This document shows, piece by piece, positions 21,737 to 32,596 of a stretch of 64,000 bases of DNA. The stretch is taken from positions 96,001 to 160,000 of the forward strand of contig CAWGMA010000004.1 in assembly GCA_963823555.1 (NCBI GenBank), given 5' to 3'. Within the stretch, counting starts at the first letter, position 1; every line of letters begins with the position of its first letter. Origin of the DNA: Candidatus Eiseniibacteriota bacterium (GTDB taxonomy: Bacteria; Eisenbacteria; RBG-16-71-46; CAVPCR01). A program made the translations under genes and the position numbers. The notes under the pieces are model-generated. The model was not told the origin of the DNA. It made no database searches and worked only from the letters and a program-made list of their open reading frames with translations.

Positions 21737-23254
21737 CTAGCCCTGTCCCGAGCCGCCCACCGTCATCGAGGCGATGCGGAGCGTGGGGGCCCCCGATGTC
21801 ACCGGCACCCACTGCCCCTTCCCGCAGGTCCCGTTCCAGAACTTCAGGTCTGGTCCGATGCGATCGATTCGCTTGAGGATCTCGGGCCCGTTGCCCACCA
21901 GGTTGGCGCCGCGCACCGGCGCGCCGATCTTGCCGTCCTCGATCTTGTAGGCCTCGAGCGTACCGAAGGTGAAGTTGCCGCTCGTCGTGTCCACCTCGCC
22001 GCCGCCGAGCGCTCGGGCATAGATCCCGCTCCTGGTCGAGCGGATGATCTCGTCCACATCGTCCTCGCCCTTGTCGAGATAGGTGTTGCTCATACGAACC
22101 AGCGGCGGGAAACGGTAGGATTGGCGGCGGCCGTTGCCGCTTCGCGGCAGCTCGAGGATCTGGGCCGACATGCGGTCGGTGAGGAACCCCTTGAGCACTC
22201 CCTTCTCGATCACCCGGTTCTCGACCGGGGGGACCCCTTCGTCGTCCACGTCGTACGAGCCGCGGAGGTCGGGGATGCCGCCCCAGTCGATGATGGTGAC
22301 GCGGTCGGAGCCGACGCTCTCACCGACCCGGCCCGCATAGAAGGACGTGCCACGAAAGACGCCGTCCCCCTCGAGCCCGTGGCCGATCGCCTCGTGGAAG
22401 AGGACGCCGCCGCCGGCGGCGAGGATGACGGGCATCTCACCCGCTGGAGCATCCACGGCATCGCACATGGCGACCGCCATGCGCGCCGCCTCGCGGGCCG
22501 CCTTGCCCGCCGCGTCATCGTTCATCTGCTCGGCTCCGAGGCGGAAGCTAACCCGCTCGGTGCCGTTGCCGCGCTTCCCGTTCTTGGCGGCGATGACATT
22601 GACGCGGAAGTAGAGGAGAGGTGCCGCATCCTCGATCCAGAGTCCGTCCGAGTTGACGACGGCGAAGCGCGTCATCTCGTCGGTGTGCTCGATCGTCACC
22701 TGCTGGACGGCGGGGTCGAAGGCCCGGGCTGCTTGGTCGGCGCGCTCGAGCCAGCTCACGCGCTCGTCCTCGGGCACCTCGTCGAAGGGGCGCTTGAAGC
22801 CGATGATCGGCGTGGGCGTGGTGATCGAGAACTCGATCGGCTTCTGAATGGCGTTGCCGGCGGCGATGGCCGCGGCGTTCCGTCCGGCGTCGACGAGCGG
22901 CTTCTCGTCGAAGGAGTCGGCGTAGGCGTATCCCGTGCGGTCGCCGTCGACGGCGCGCACCCCACCACCGGCGAACACGCCTTGCTCCACGGATTCGATG
23001 GCGCCGTCGGCCAGGGTGATCCGCGTGAGCGTGCTCTCCTGCAGGTAGAGATCGGCGAAGGCGGCGCCGCGCGAGCGCGCGGCGGCCAGGATGCGCTCCG
23101 CCGCCGCCCCGGTGAGCGGGAAACGGGAGCTGGCCGCGAGCGCCTCGCGGAGGCTGAGGAGACGGCCGAGGGGGGCGGCGGCGACCAGGCCCGCCGCGGC
23201 GCCGGCGAGTCCCAGGAAGCGCCGGCGAGGTAGCGCGGTGTCGAAGGAGATCAT
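21737..23254 (-). CDS. tldD: TldD metalloprotease with a twin-arginine (Tat) signal peptide
   Basis: PRRRFLGLAGAAAG signal; FHEAIGHGLEGD, DDEG, GNGRRQSY, RMSNT and GTCGK motifs. Confidence 0.9.
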   Translation of the reverse strand: MISFDTALPRRRFLGLAGAAAGLVAAAPLGRLLSLREALAASSRFPLTGAAAERILAAARSRGAAFADLYLQESTLTRITLADGAIESVEQGVFAGGGVRAVDGDRTGYAYADSFDEKPLVDAGRNAAAIAAGNAIQKPIEFSITTPTPIIGFKRPFDEVPEDERVSWLERADQAARAFDPAVQQVTIEHTDEMTRFAVVNSDGLWIEDAAPLLYFRVNVIAAKNGKRGNGTERVSFRLGAEQMNDDAAGKAAREAARMAVAMCDAVDAPAGEMPVILAAGGGVLFHEAIGHGLEGDGVFRGTSFYAGRVGESVGSDRVTIIDWGGIPDLRGSYDVDDEGVPPVENRVIEKGVLKGFLTDRMSAQILELPRSGNGRRQSYRFPPLVRMSNTYLDKGEDDVDEIIRSTRSGIYARALGGGEVDTTSGNFTFGTLEAYKIEDGKIGAPVRGANLVGNGPEILKRIDRIGPDLKFWNGTCGKGQWVPVTSGAPTLRIASMTVGGSGQG

Positions 23255-23452
23255 CCTGCCTCCTTGCTCGGCCCGCTTGGGGCCGGGGGTGTCCAGGAGC
23301 GGAGCCTAACACGATCCCAGCGGAAGGGACGCGTCCCTTCGCTCCGGCGCCGGGTCGGTGAACGCCAGCCCGGGTGCTATCATCAAGGCACAGCTTGCCG
23401 CTTCGCCGCGCGCGGACCGCCGCGCCACCGTGTCGACCGGAGGGTCCAAATC

Positions 23453-24994
23453 ATGCGCCACCGCCTGCTGTCCGTTCTCCTCGGTCTGGTCCTGATTCAT
23501 GTCGCGAGTCCCTTCGCCGGCGCCGATGACTGGACGACCCCCGTCGGCAAGAACTCGGCGCGCAACGGGCTTTCCGCCGAGTTCGGGCCCACCGACCCCA
23601 CCATCCTCTGGCAGGGGAGCCGTTCGTCGCTCATCGCCCAGCAGGGGTGCGCGGCCGGGGATCTCCTGGTGGTCAATCGCATCCAGTCCTTCACCATCCC
23701 CACCGGTACCTATCTCGTGGCGCACGATCTCACGACCGGCGCCGAGCGGTGGGCGGTGCAGCTGCCCTACGATCCGCTCGCTCCCGGCCATCGTTCCAAG
23801 GTGACCGGCATCCGTGATGGACATGTCTACGCCACGCGCGCCGGAGACACCCGGCTCGACTACCTCTACGCCCTCGACCCGGCGGACGGTTCGATCATCT
23901 GGAGGTCGGCGGAGAAGATCGACGAGTCGACCACCGAGAGCGTGGCCTATGCGGACGATGGCGATCTCATCGTCGGCAATTACAGCTCACTCCGCCGCAT
24001 CGAGATGACCGACGGCTCGACGGTGTGGTCGACCCCGCGCACGAGCCCGACCACCGACGGCAGCTCGGCCGCCGTCTTCGGCAACCGCGCCTACATCTGG
24101 GAGGCCAGCGGCACGGGGCCCAAGGTGTCGGCATTCGATCTCGCCACCGGCCAGCGCTTGTACCAGAGCGCGGGGTTCGGCGGTCTCGTCCAGCAGCTCG
24201 GGCTGTTCGTCGGTCCCGATGGCACGGTCTACGCGCCCCGCACGCAGAACAACGCCGCCACCGACTTCCTGATCGCGCTCGAGGATGACGGGAGCTCACT
24301 CACCGAGAAGTGGCGAGTGCCGCTGGGCTATGTCCCCTTTGCCTCCTTTGCCATCGGCCCGGACGGCACGATCTACAGCTACACACCGCAGAATGAGATC
24401 GTGCGCCTCGCCCCGGAGACGGGAGATGTTCTCAACACATCGGCCGTGTTCCCGGCCAACGCTCCGGTGCAGCCGCGCCTGGCGCTCGATGCCGACGGCC
24501 GGGTCTATTTCACGAACGGGGGATTCAGCCAGGGCCGGTTCATCAGCTACAACGCTGACCTCACTGAACGCTGGTCGCTGAACGTGACCAACGTGAATCT
24601 CGGCGGCCCGGTGATCGGATCCGGCGGGATTCTCGTCGTCTGCGGCGTCGGCACCGACGTCCGCGCCTTCCGCACGCCCGTTGCCGACGTGGCGACCGGC
24701 CCCGACGTGCCACTCCGCTTCACGCTCGGCCAGAACAGCCCGAACCCGTTCAATCCCGCCACCGAGATTCCCTTCCGGCTAAGCGGTCCGGCTGCGGTCA
24801 CGCTCGAGATCCTCGATGCACAGGGCCGCCGGGTAGCGACACTCATCAACGCCGAAATGAGGGAAGGGGGTCCGCACATGGCCACGTGGAGCGGTCGAGA
24901 CCTTGGCGGGGTGGCCGTCAGCTCCGGCGTCTACTTCTATCGGCTCGATGCGGGGGGCGAGACGGCGACACGCAAGATGCTGCTCGTGAAGTAG
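23453..24994 (+). CDS. Secreted PQQ-like beta-propeller protein with a C-terminal FlgD-Ig domain
   Basis: Signal peptide; repeated A.D..TG...W blades; QNSPNPFNP...SSGVYFYRL...RKMLLVK. Confidence 0.85.
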   Translation: MRHRLLSVLLGLVLIHVASPFAGADDWTTPVGKNSARNGLSAEFGPTDPTILWQGSRSSLIAQQGCAAGDLLVVNRIQSFTIPTGTYLVAHDLTTGAERWAVQLPYDPLAPGHRSKVTGIRDGHVYATRAGDTRLDYLYALDPADGSIIWRSAEKIDESTTESVAYADDGDLIVGNYSSLRRIEMTDGSTVWSTPRTSPTTDGSSAAVFGNRAYIWEASGTGPKVSAFDLATGQRLYQSAGFGGLVQQLGLFVGPDGTVYAPRTQNNAATDFLIALEDDGSSLTEKWRVPLGYVPFASFAIGPDGTIYSYTPQNEIVRLAPETGDVLNTSAVFPANAPVQPRLALDADGRVYFTNGGFSQGRFISYNADLTERWSLNVTNVNLGGPVIGSGGILVVCGVGTDVRAFRTPVADVATGPDVPLRFTLGQNSPNPFNPATEIPFRLSGPAAVTLEILDAQGRRVATLINAEMREGGPHMATWSGRDLGGVAVSSGVYFYRLDAGGETATRKMLLVK

Positions 24995-25164
24995 CGGCCG
25001 CCATCGACAGCGCAAGCGACGGGCGCCGGCGAGGGTCTCGCCGGCGGAGCGCTTGGGCTCTTGCATCCTTCGGCGGTCGCCGGCGCCGGCGGTGTCTGAG
25101 CCTGAGAGGCCCGCGCCAAGCCCGGCGCTTCCCCGACACCGGCGTGGCCACCCCCGCCGCACGC

Positions 25165-25193
25165 TTGCGCCCCCCGCGGCCCGCGGCTAGAAT
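25165..25193 (+). promoter_or_regulatory. Sigma-70-type promoter of sdhCAB
   Basis: TTGCGC-N17-TAGAAT, ~50 nt upstream of sdhC. Confidence 0.5.
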
Positions 25194-25241
25194 CCGCGGC
25201 TCCTCCTCCGCACTCGATCCCAAGTCTCGGGAGATGCGTGA

Positions 25242-25904
25242 ATGACCAGCGCGGTGCTCACCTTCGAGTCCTCGGTCGGCCGCAAGTTGGTGATGGCCCT
25301 GACCGGCATCCTCCTCTTCGGCTTTGTTCTCGGGCATATGATCGGGAACCTCCAGATCTATCTCGGGCCGGAAGCGATCAACCACTACGGCGAATTCCTG
25401 CGCGAGCTGGGGCACGGCGGCGCGATCTGGGTGGCGCGGCTCGTGCTGCTTGCCGCCGTCGGGCTCCACATCTGGGCGGCGATCACCCTCGCCCTCGAGA
25501 ATCGCGCCGCGCGCCCGCAGCGCTATCGCCGTCTGGGCTACGAGGCCTCCGACTACGCTTCGCGCACCATGATCTGGAGCGGTCCCCTGCTCGCCATCTT
25601 CGTCGTCTACCATCTCCTCCATTTCACGATCGGCTCGGTGCACCACGACTTCATCCCCGGCGATGTCTACCACAACGTCATCGCCGGGTTCCGTGTCTGG
25701 CCGGTGTCCGTCTTCTACATCGTCTGCATGCTGGCGTTGGGATTCCATATGGTCCACGGCTTGTGGAGCATGCTGCAGACCATCGGCTTCAGCCACCCGC
25801 GCTACAACGCCTGGCGCCGCACCTTCGCCGTCATCTTCACTCTCGTCGTCGTCGTCGGGAACATCTCGATCCCGGTCAGCGTGCTGACCGGTGTCATCCG
25901 CTAG
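25242..25904 (+). CDS. sdhC: Succinate dehydrogenase/fumarate reductase cytochrome b subunit (single-anchor type)
   Basis: [19 protein letters not shown] and conserved His residues in five TM helices. Confidence 0.92.
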   Translation: MTSAVLTFESSVGRKLVMALTGILLFGFVLGHMIGNLQIYLGPEAINHYGEFLRELGHGGAIWVARLVLLAAVGLHIWAAITLALENRAARPQRYRRLGYEASDYASRTMIWSGPLLAIFVVYHLLHFTIGSVHHDFIPGDVYHNVIAGFRVWPVSVFYIVCMLALGFHMVHGLWSMLQTIGFSHPRYNAWRRTFAVIFTLVVVVGNISIPVSVLTGVIR

Positions 25905-25969
25905 CGCTGGGCCGGGCCCTCGGGCGTCGCGCCGCGCGGTTCCGGTTCACAGGGAGACGGTCAAGCGTC

Positions 25970-27883
25970 ATGGAACTCAAATCCAACGTCCCGGCAGGAC
26001 CGATCGCGGAGAAGTGGGATCGCCATCGCTTCGAGATGAAGCTGGTGAATCCCGCCAACAAGCGGAAGTACTCGGCGATCGTGGTCGGTACCGGACTGGC
26101 GGGGGCCTCGGCGGCCGCTACCATGGCCGAGCTCGGCTACCGGGTTCGCGCCTTCTGCTACCAGGACTCGCCCCGCCGCGCCCACTCGATCGCCGCCCAG
26201 GGGGGGATCAATGCTGCCAAGAACTACCAGAACGACGGCGATTCGATCTTCCGGCTGTTCTACGACACGGTGAAGGGGGGGGACTTTCGCGCGCGCGAGG
26301 CCAACGTCTACCGTCTGGCCCAGGTTAGCGTCAACATCATCGACCAGTGCGTGGCCCAGGGTGTTCCGTTCGCCCGCGAGTATGGCGGCACACTCGCCAA
26401 TCGCTCCTTCGGTGGCGCCCAGGTCTCACGCACGTTCTATGCCCGAGGCCAGACCGGGCAGCAGCTCCTCCTCGGCGCCTATCAGGCGCTCTCGCGCCAG
26501 ATCGGGCTCGGCAAGGTCCAGATGGCCAGCCGTCATGAGATCCTGGATCTGATTCTCGTCGCGGGCCGGGCCCGCGGCGTCGTCGCCCGCGACATGGTGA
26601 GCGGCAAGCTCGAGATCCACCTCGCCGATGCGGTCGTTCTCGCCACCGGCGGCTATGGCAACGTCTTCCACCTGGCCACCTACGCCAAGGGCTGCAACAC
26701 GACCGCCATCTGGCGCGCCTACAAGCGCGGGGCGGCCTTCGCCAATCCCTGCTTCACGCAGATTCATCCCACCTGCATTCCGGTCAAGGGCGACTACCAG
26801 TCCAAGCTGACCCTGATGAGCGAATCGCTGCGCAACGACGGTCGGGTGTGGGTGCCCAAGCAGAAGGGAGACCGGCGAGCGCCCGGCCAGATCCCCGAGG
26901 CCGAGCGCGATTACTACCTCGAGCGCAAGTATCCGAGCTTCGGCAATCTCGCCCCGCGGGACATCTCCTCGCGCGCAGCCAAGCAGGTCTGCGATGAAGG
27001 CCGGGGGGTCGGGGAGTCGGGCCTGGGGGTCTATCTCGACTTCGCCGATTCCATCGCGCGTCTCGGGCAGAAGACGATCGCAGAGAAGTACGGGAACCTC
27101 TTCGAGATGTATGAGCGCATCACGGACGAGGATCCCTATCATGTACCGATGCGCATCTTCCCGGCGAGCCATTACACGATGGGCGGATTGTGGGTGGACT
27201 ACAACTTGATGAGCACCATTCCCGGCCTGTTCGTGATCGGCGAGGCCAATTTCTCCGACCACGGCGCCAACCGGCTGGGTGCCAGCGCACTCATGCAGGG
27301 GCTCGCCGACGGCTACTTCGTCATTCCCTACACGCTCGGCAATTACTTTGCTTCGAACCAGTTCGAGAACATCGAGGAATCGCACCCGGCCTGCCGCGAG
27401 GCGCTGGCCGTCGTCGAGACCAGGATCAAACGTCTGCTCACGGTGAAGGGCAAGCGGACGGTGGACACCTTCCACCGCGAGCTCGGCAAGATCATGTGGG
27501 AGCACTGCGGCATGGCACGCAATGAGGTGGGCCTGGAGGCCGCGCTGGCCAAGATCCCGGCGCTGCGCGCCGAGTTCTGGCGGGATGTCCGCGTCCTCGG
27601 TCGCGGCGACGAGCTCAACCAGTCCCTGGAGAAGGCGGGTCGGGTCGCCGACTTTCTCGAGCTCGCCGAGCTCATGTGCCGGGATGCCCTCGAGCGCCGC
27701 GAATCATGCGGCGGACACTTCCGCGAGGAGTATCAGACCTCCGACGGTGAGGCCTGGCGCAACGACGACGAATTCTGCCATGTGGCCGCCTGGGAATACC
27801 AAGGCGAGGACAACGTTCCGAAACGACACCTTGAGCCGCTGACTTTCGAGAACGTCCCCCTGCAGCAGCGGAGCTACAAGTGA
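25970..27883 (+). CDS. sdhA: Succinate dehydrogenase/fumarate reductase flavoprotein
   Basis: [17 protein letters not shown] (covalent FAD His), QIHPT, HGANRLG and ESCGGH motifs. Confidence 0.96.
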   Translation: MELKSNVPAGPIAEKWDRHRFEMKLVNPANKRKYSAIVVGTGLAGASAAATMAELGYRVRAFCYQDSPRRAHSIAAQGGINAAKNYQNDGDSIFRLFYDTVKGGDFRAREANVYRLAQVSVNIIDQCVAQGVPFAREYGGTLANRSFGGAQVSRTFYARGQTGQQLLLGAYQALSRQIGLGKVQMASRHEILDLILVAGRARGVVARDMVSGKLEIHLADAVVLATGGYGNVFHLATYAKGCNTTAIWRAYKRGAAFANPCFTQIHPTCIPVKGDYQSKLTLMSESLRNDGRVWVPKQKGDRRAPGQIPEAERDYYLERKYPSFGNLAPRDISSRAAKQVCDEGRGVGESGLGVYLDFADSIARLGQKTIAEKYGNLFEMYERITDEDPYHVPMRIFPASHYTMGGLWVDYNLMSTIPGLFVIGEANFSDHGANRLGASALMQGLADGYFVIPYTLGNYFASNQFENIEESHPACREALAVVETRIKRLLTVKGKRTVDTFHRELGKIMWEHCGMARNEVGLEAALAKIPALRAEFWRDVRVLGRGDELNQSLEKAGRVADFLELAELMCRDALERRESCGGHFREEYQTSDGEAWRNDDEFCHVAAWEYQGEDNVPKRHLEPLTFENVPLQQRSYK

Positions 27884-28662
27884 TGAACTTGACGCTACAC
27901 GTCTGGCGGCAATCGAGCCCGGAGGATCAGGGTCGCTTCGTCACCTATGGGGCGCGGGACGTGAGCCCGCACATGTCCTTTCTCGAGATGCTCGATGTCG
28001 TCAACGAGGGGCTCATCGCTCAGGGCGAGGAGCCCATTGCGTTCGACCATGATTGCCGCGAGGGGATCTGCGGCACCTGTGGCATGGTGGTGAACGGTCG
28101 ACCGCACGGGCCGCGACGGCTTACCACCACCTGTCAGCTCCACATGCGCAGCTTCGAGGATGGGGACGAGCTCTGGGTCGAGCCGTGGCGCGCCCGCGCC
28201 TTCCCGGTGATCAAGGATCTCGTGGTCGACCGCGGCGCCTTCGATCACATCATCCAGGCCGGCGGTTTCATCTCCGTGCCCACCGGCAGCGGTCCGGACG
28301 GCAATGCCATCCCCATCCGCAAGGAGAACGCCGATCTGGCGATGGACGCTGCCGCCTGCATCGGTTGTGGAGCCTGCGTGGCTGCTTGTCCCAACGCCTC
28401 GGCCATGCTCTTCACGGCGGCCAAGATCTCGCACCTCGGGCTCCTGCCCCAGGGCCAGCCCGAGCGCAACGAACGTGCGCTCAGTATGGTGGCGGCCATG
28501 GACGCCGCCGGATTCGGTAGCTGCACCAATCATGGCGAGTGTGAAGCCGCCTGCCCGAAGGGCGTCAGCCTCGAGTTCATCGCCCGGCTGAACCGCGACT
28601 TTCTGAAGGCAGCCCTCACTTCCCGTGGCGAGTCGACCGCAGAGGCCGGCGGAGCGGGCTGA
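27883..28662 (+). CDS. sdhB: Succinate dehydrogenase/fumarate reductase Fe-S subunit
   Basis: [20 protein letters not shown] and [12 protein letters not shown] motifs. Confidence 0.96.
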   Translation: MNLTLHVWRQSSPEDQGRFVTYGARDVSPHMSFLEMLDVVNEGLIAQGEEPIAFDHDCREGICGTCGMVVNGRPHGPRRLTTTCQLHMRSFEDGDELWVEPWRARAFPVIKDLVVDRGAFDHIIQAGGFISVPTGSGPDGNAIPIRKENADLAMDAAACIGCGACVAACPNASAMLFTAAKISHLGLLPQGQPERNERALSMVAAMDAAGFGSCTNHGECEAACPKGVSLEFIARLNRDFLKAALTSRGESTAEAGGAG

Positions 28663-28670
28663 GGCCTTCG

Positions 28671-29381
28671 TTACAAGCTCGCGACATGCTCGAAGAGCGG
28701 CGCGAGGAGCTGCATGGTGGTCCTCAGGCCGGTGAACAGCGTCGAGATCTCGTAGGCAACGAGAAAGGTCACCGCGTAGAAGACAGCGGGTTGCCGGCGG
28801 AGGCAGTAGAAGACGGGGCGCGCCAGCCGGGGGCGAATTCGCTCGCGCGTGAAGCCGGCCACGATCCCGATGCCGATCATACCGCCGATCACGATGTCAC
28901 TTGGATAATGCAGGCCGAGATAGACACGGAGCAAGCAAGCCACGACGAGGACATAGGCGAGAGTGAAGAGCCCGAGGCGGCGAGAGATGAGCAGGATACC
29001 CGCGGCCAGGCCCAGAAAGAGCGCGGCATGGTCACTGGGAAAGGCGCTCCAGGACTCGAGGCTGGTGCGGGTGAGGCCGTACGGGCTCACGAAGTCGATG
29101 GTGGGATCGGCGATCGGGCGGGCGCGAAAGGGCAGCGTGAGGGCGAGCAATCGGGTTGCGACGAGGGCAACCAGGCAGCCGGCGACCGTGGCAATCACGA
29201 GCTCCCTGTCGGTGCGGTGCCTGCGCCCCGGCCGGAACCACGCCCAGGAGAGCAGGGATACGACCAGTCCCCCCTTCAGGATATCGGTCTTGGCGAAGAG
29301 CACCGCCAGCTGATCCAGGGTCCAGGAATGCTGGGCGAAGTGATTCAGCCACAAGACGATATCGTGGTCGATCTGGTACAT
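28671..29381 (-). CDS. PAP2 family membrane phosphatase
   Basis: RARP, AFPSDH and RVYLGLHYPSD motifs. Confidence 0.88.
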   Translation of the reverse strand: MYQIDHDIVLWLNHFAQHSWTLDQLAVLFAKTDILKGGLVVSLLSWAWFRPGRRHRTDRELVIATVAGCLVALVATRLLALTLPFRARPIADPTIDFVSPYGLTRTSLESWSAFPSDHAALFLGLAAGILLISRRLGLFTLAYVLVVACLLRVYLGLHYPSDIVIGGMIGIGIVAGFTRERIRPRLARPVFYCLRRQPAVFYAVTFLVAYEISTLFTGLRTTMQLLAPLFEHVASL

Positions 29382-29464
29382 ATGGGCTCCGGGTCTCGTC
29401 CTCAGTCATATATCTGCCGGTTTGGGAGGCATCCTTAGCGTCGGCGCGGCCGCTTGCCGCGGCA

Positions 29465-29493
29465 TTGACGGCGTGCCGGGCAATGTCTAAGCT
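29465..29493 (+). promoter_or_regulatory. Sigma-70-type promoter
   Basis: TTGACG-N17-TAAGCT upstream of the CDS at 29602. Confidence 0.55.
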
Positions 29494-29601
29494 CACCCGC
29501 CGATCGACAAACCGCGAATCGCGATCGCCGGGGCGTCGCTCTGAATAGCTTGATGCCTTGGTATCGACGCACTGAGTTCGTTGCTCAGGGAGGTGTCCGA
29601 C

Positions 29602-30084
29602 ATGAAGCTCAAGGGAATGATCTTCTCCATCCTGGCGCTCCTCGTGGTGACGGCCGTCGGGGCCCAGGAGGGGACCGGGGACGTCAAGGCCGCCGTGGAG
29701 CTGACCCGGCAGATGATCCAGACCGAACGCCAGGCCATCGTGGCGGCCAACATGGATCTCACCGAGGCCGAGAGCGAGGCCTTCTGGCCGGTTTATCGCG
29801 AATACCGGGATTCCATGGCCAAGGTCGGTGATCGCCAGGCGGCCTTGATCATGGATTACGCCAAGAGCTACGAGACCATGACCGACCTCCAGGCCGAGGA
29901 GATGGTCAAGGAGATGCTCGACATCCGGAAGAAGGAGCTCTCGGTTCGCGGCGATTACGTCAAGAAGATGGGCAAGGTGCTGCCACCCAAGAAGGTGGCG
30001 CGCTTCTTCCAGATCGAGAACAAGCTCGATTCAGTGATTCAGTACGAGCTGGCCAGCGAGATCCCGCTGGTCAAGACCAAGTAG
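29602..30084 (+). CDS. Periplasmic helical hypothetical protein (Spy/CpxP-like fold possible)
   Basis: SD GGAGG; signal peptide; LTEAESEAFWPVYREY motif. Confidence 0.75.
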   Translation: MKLKGMIFSILALLVVTAVGAQEGTGDVKAAVELTRQMIQTERQAIVAANMDLTEAESEAFWPVYREYRDSMAKVGDRQAALIMDYAKSYETMTDLQAEEMVKEMLDIRKKELSVRGDYVKKMGKVLPPKKVARFFQIENKLDSVIQYELASEIPLVKTK

Positions 30085-30289
30085 CGATTGTAGGTCTCAG
30101 GCAGGCCTGGAGAGGGCGCGCCGGGCGAAATCCCCCGGGAAACCGGCCGGCCGGCTCCGTAAGCAGTTGATTGACAACAAATTGCGGTGCTTGACAAGCC
30201 GCGATGTTTCGTATCAGCTTACGCGCCGATCGGTCGTCCGAACCCGTCGCCCAGGCGACGCCTGACTGAAGGGAGGAGGATTCCTAGCA

Positions 30290-31766
30290 ATGAATTTGCG
30301 CCGGATTCTGATGCTGGCTGTGCTGGCGAGCTGTCTTTGGCTCGGCGCGGCACAGGCGGAAGTAGCCGGGTTCCATCTCGGTCTGACCCCCTACGTCGGA
30401 TACGCCGACTGGGACGAGCAGGCAAAACTTGGCAGTGACACTCTCTTTCCAGGGAACGAAGACGGCTTTCCCAAGAACGCCGTCGTCTATGGCGGCCGGC
30501 TCGCCATCTACTTGAATTCCTGGCTCGGTGTCGAAGGTCACTACGGCCTTAGCCCCACCGAGCTCGCCAGGCAAGATCTGCCCAACGACCTCGACGTTTA
30601 CCCCTATGGCGCTGATCTGATCATCAACCTGGCGCCCGGGGCCCGCGTGGTTCCCTTCTTCGTCGGCGGCTGGTGCGAGGCCAAGGTCAAGTCCGACTTT
30701 GCCGTGCCCGGCGGGCCGGACGAGTTCGAGCGGACGCTCAATGGCTGGGAAGTCGGTGGCGGTCTCAAGTTCATGCTCAACAACCGCATCTACCTCCGCA
30801 CCGAGTTCCGCGACATGATGCTCGACAACATCCCCGAGGGGAACGACGACCTGCGGCACAACTTCCTGTACACGGCCGGGGTCGAGTTCGACATCTTCGG
30901 CCACGTGCCGGATGACGACGGCGATGGCATCGTCAACCGCAACGACAAGTGCCCGGGCACGCCGCTCGGTGCGACTGTCGACAAGGACGGCTGCCCGATG
31001 GATTCGGACGGCGACGGTGTCTTCGACGGCATCGACCAGTGCCCGAACACGCCGACCGGTGCCAAGGTCGACGCCAAGGGCTGCCCGACGGATTCGGACG
31101 CCGACGGCGTCGTCGACGGCGTCGATCAGTGCGCCGAGCACTCCGAGGGGTGCACGGTCGACACCAAGCGGCTGCCCGATCGACGGTGACGATGACGGCG
31201 TCTGCGACGGCCTCGATCAGTGCCCGGACTCGCCTGCCGGTGCCACGGTCGATGCCAGCGGTTGCCCGACGGATTCGGACGGCGATGGCGTCCCGGACGG
31301 CATCGACCAGTGCCCGAACACGCCGGCCGGCGCCACGGTCGATGCACGCGGTTGCCAGCCGATGGAGACCATGATCCTCGACACCGGTCTCATCCGCCTC
31401 GGCAACGTCAACTTCGACACGGGCAAGGCCACGATCAAGGCGGAGTCGCTGCCGGTTCTCGACCAGGTCGGCAAGATCCTGGTCACTGGCCGCAGCTGCA
31501 AGATCGAGATCGGTGGTCACACCGACTCGTCCGGTTCCGACGCTCTGAACCAGAGGCTGTCGGAGCAGCGGGCGCAGTCGGTGAAGGACTACCTGGTCAA
31601 GACCTTCGCGGATCTGAAGGGCGACCAGTACACGGTCGTGGGCTACGGCGAAGGCCAGCCGATCGCGGACAACAAGACCAAGGAAGGCAAGGCCCAGAAC
31701 CGCCGTGTCGAGTTCAAGGTGCTCAACACCGAGGTCCTCAAGAAGCAAGTCGAGCCTGGCAAGTAG
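30290..31766 (+). CDS. OmpA family outer membrane protein with thrombospondin type 3 Ca-binding repeats; frameshift near 31140-31170
   Basis: N-terminal beta-barrel and tandem DSDGDGV.DG.DQCP.TP.GA.VD..GCP repeats; OmpA C-domain GHTD...LSEQRA...NRRVE in ORF 30912..31766. Confidence 0.9.
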
Positions 31767-31813
31767 ACCGGGCTGAACCGTCGGCTTCGCCGCGGCGAAG
31801 CCGGTGAACGAAA

Positions 31814-31856
31814 GAGCGGCGCGTGGGGCACAGGCCCCGCGCGCCGCTCGCTTTTT
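31814..31856 (+). terminator. Rho-independent terminator after the OmpA gene
   Basis: Long GC stem GAGCGGCGCG(T)GGGGC/GCCCCGCGCGCCGCTC followed by TTTTT; preceded by a perfect palindrome at 31782-31803. Confidence 0.7.
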
Positions 31857-32091
31857 GGGGTGAGATGGCGGGCGAAAGCCCCCAACGGTGCCGGTTGGCG
31901 CGATCATTCCGCCGTTTTGAGCACGCGCGGCTCAAGCTGGCATCCTCGAGCATCGATGAACGAAGAGGAGGTCGTCCCTCCGCCCGGCCCGGGCGTGGCC
32001 GGAGTCCCCCGAGATGATGCCCCGGCGCGCGGGCTGTTCTGCGTGGCCGCGCCAGGGGCCATCCTTCCATTCATCGACTCGGAGATGCTCC

Positions 32092-32520
32092 ATGTGTGCC
32101 CGTCGACTTTCTGTCCTTCATGCACCCCCTGCGCTCGCGCTGCTTGCCCTGGTTCTCGTCTTCACACTCTCCTCCTGCGGTAGCGGTCGCCTCAGGGTCC
32201 GCCACGAGTCGGCCCCCGACCAGGTGGTCATCGTCAAGTCGGGTCCGCCGCCGCACGCGCCGGCGCACGGCTACCGGCACAAGCACGAGGGCAAGGTCGA
32301 CATGACCTACGATTCCGGCCTCGGGGTCTACATCGTGGCCGGCGCCAAGGATTGCTATTTCCACGACGATCACTACCTGCGACTGGCCAAGGCAGGGTGG
32401 GAGGTGAGCTTCTCCCTCGCAGGGCCGTGGCAATCTGCAGCCACCAAGTCGCTGCCGCCGGGACTGGCCAAGAAATATGGTGGCGAGCCCGCGAGCAAGA
32501 AGGGAAAGAAGGAGAAGTAG
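32092..32520 (+). CDS. Small hypothetical lipoprotein
   Basis: Lipobox LSS-C; GPPPHAPAHGYR and LPPGLAKK motifs. Confidence 0.7.
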   Translation: MCARRLSVLHAPPALALLALVLVFTLSSCGSGRLRVRHESAPDQVVIVKSGPPPHAPAHGYRHKHEGKVDMTYDSGLGVYIVAGAKDCYFHDDHYLRLAKAGWEVSFSLAGPWQSAATKSLPPGLAKKYGGEPASKKGKKEK

Positions 32521-32596
32521 AGGCGCTTCCGATCAGCGCCGGGGTGACGGGGCGTTGGCCTGACCGACGGGCGTTGGCCGGGCGCCGGGCGTCGGC

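Noticed and set aside
30171..30220. Two TTGACA hexamers upstream of the OmpA gene
   Set aside because: A promoter is likely here, but no convincing -10 lies at canonical spacing, so it is not called.
30900..31360. Tandem ~69-nt repeats that could suggest a CRISPR or repeat array
   Set aside because: They are coding thrombospondin type 3 repeats within OmpA, with no unique spacers.
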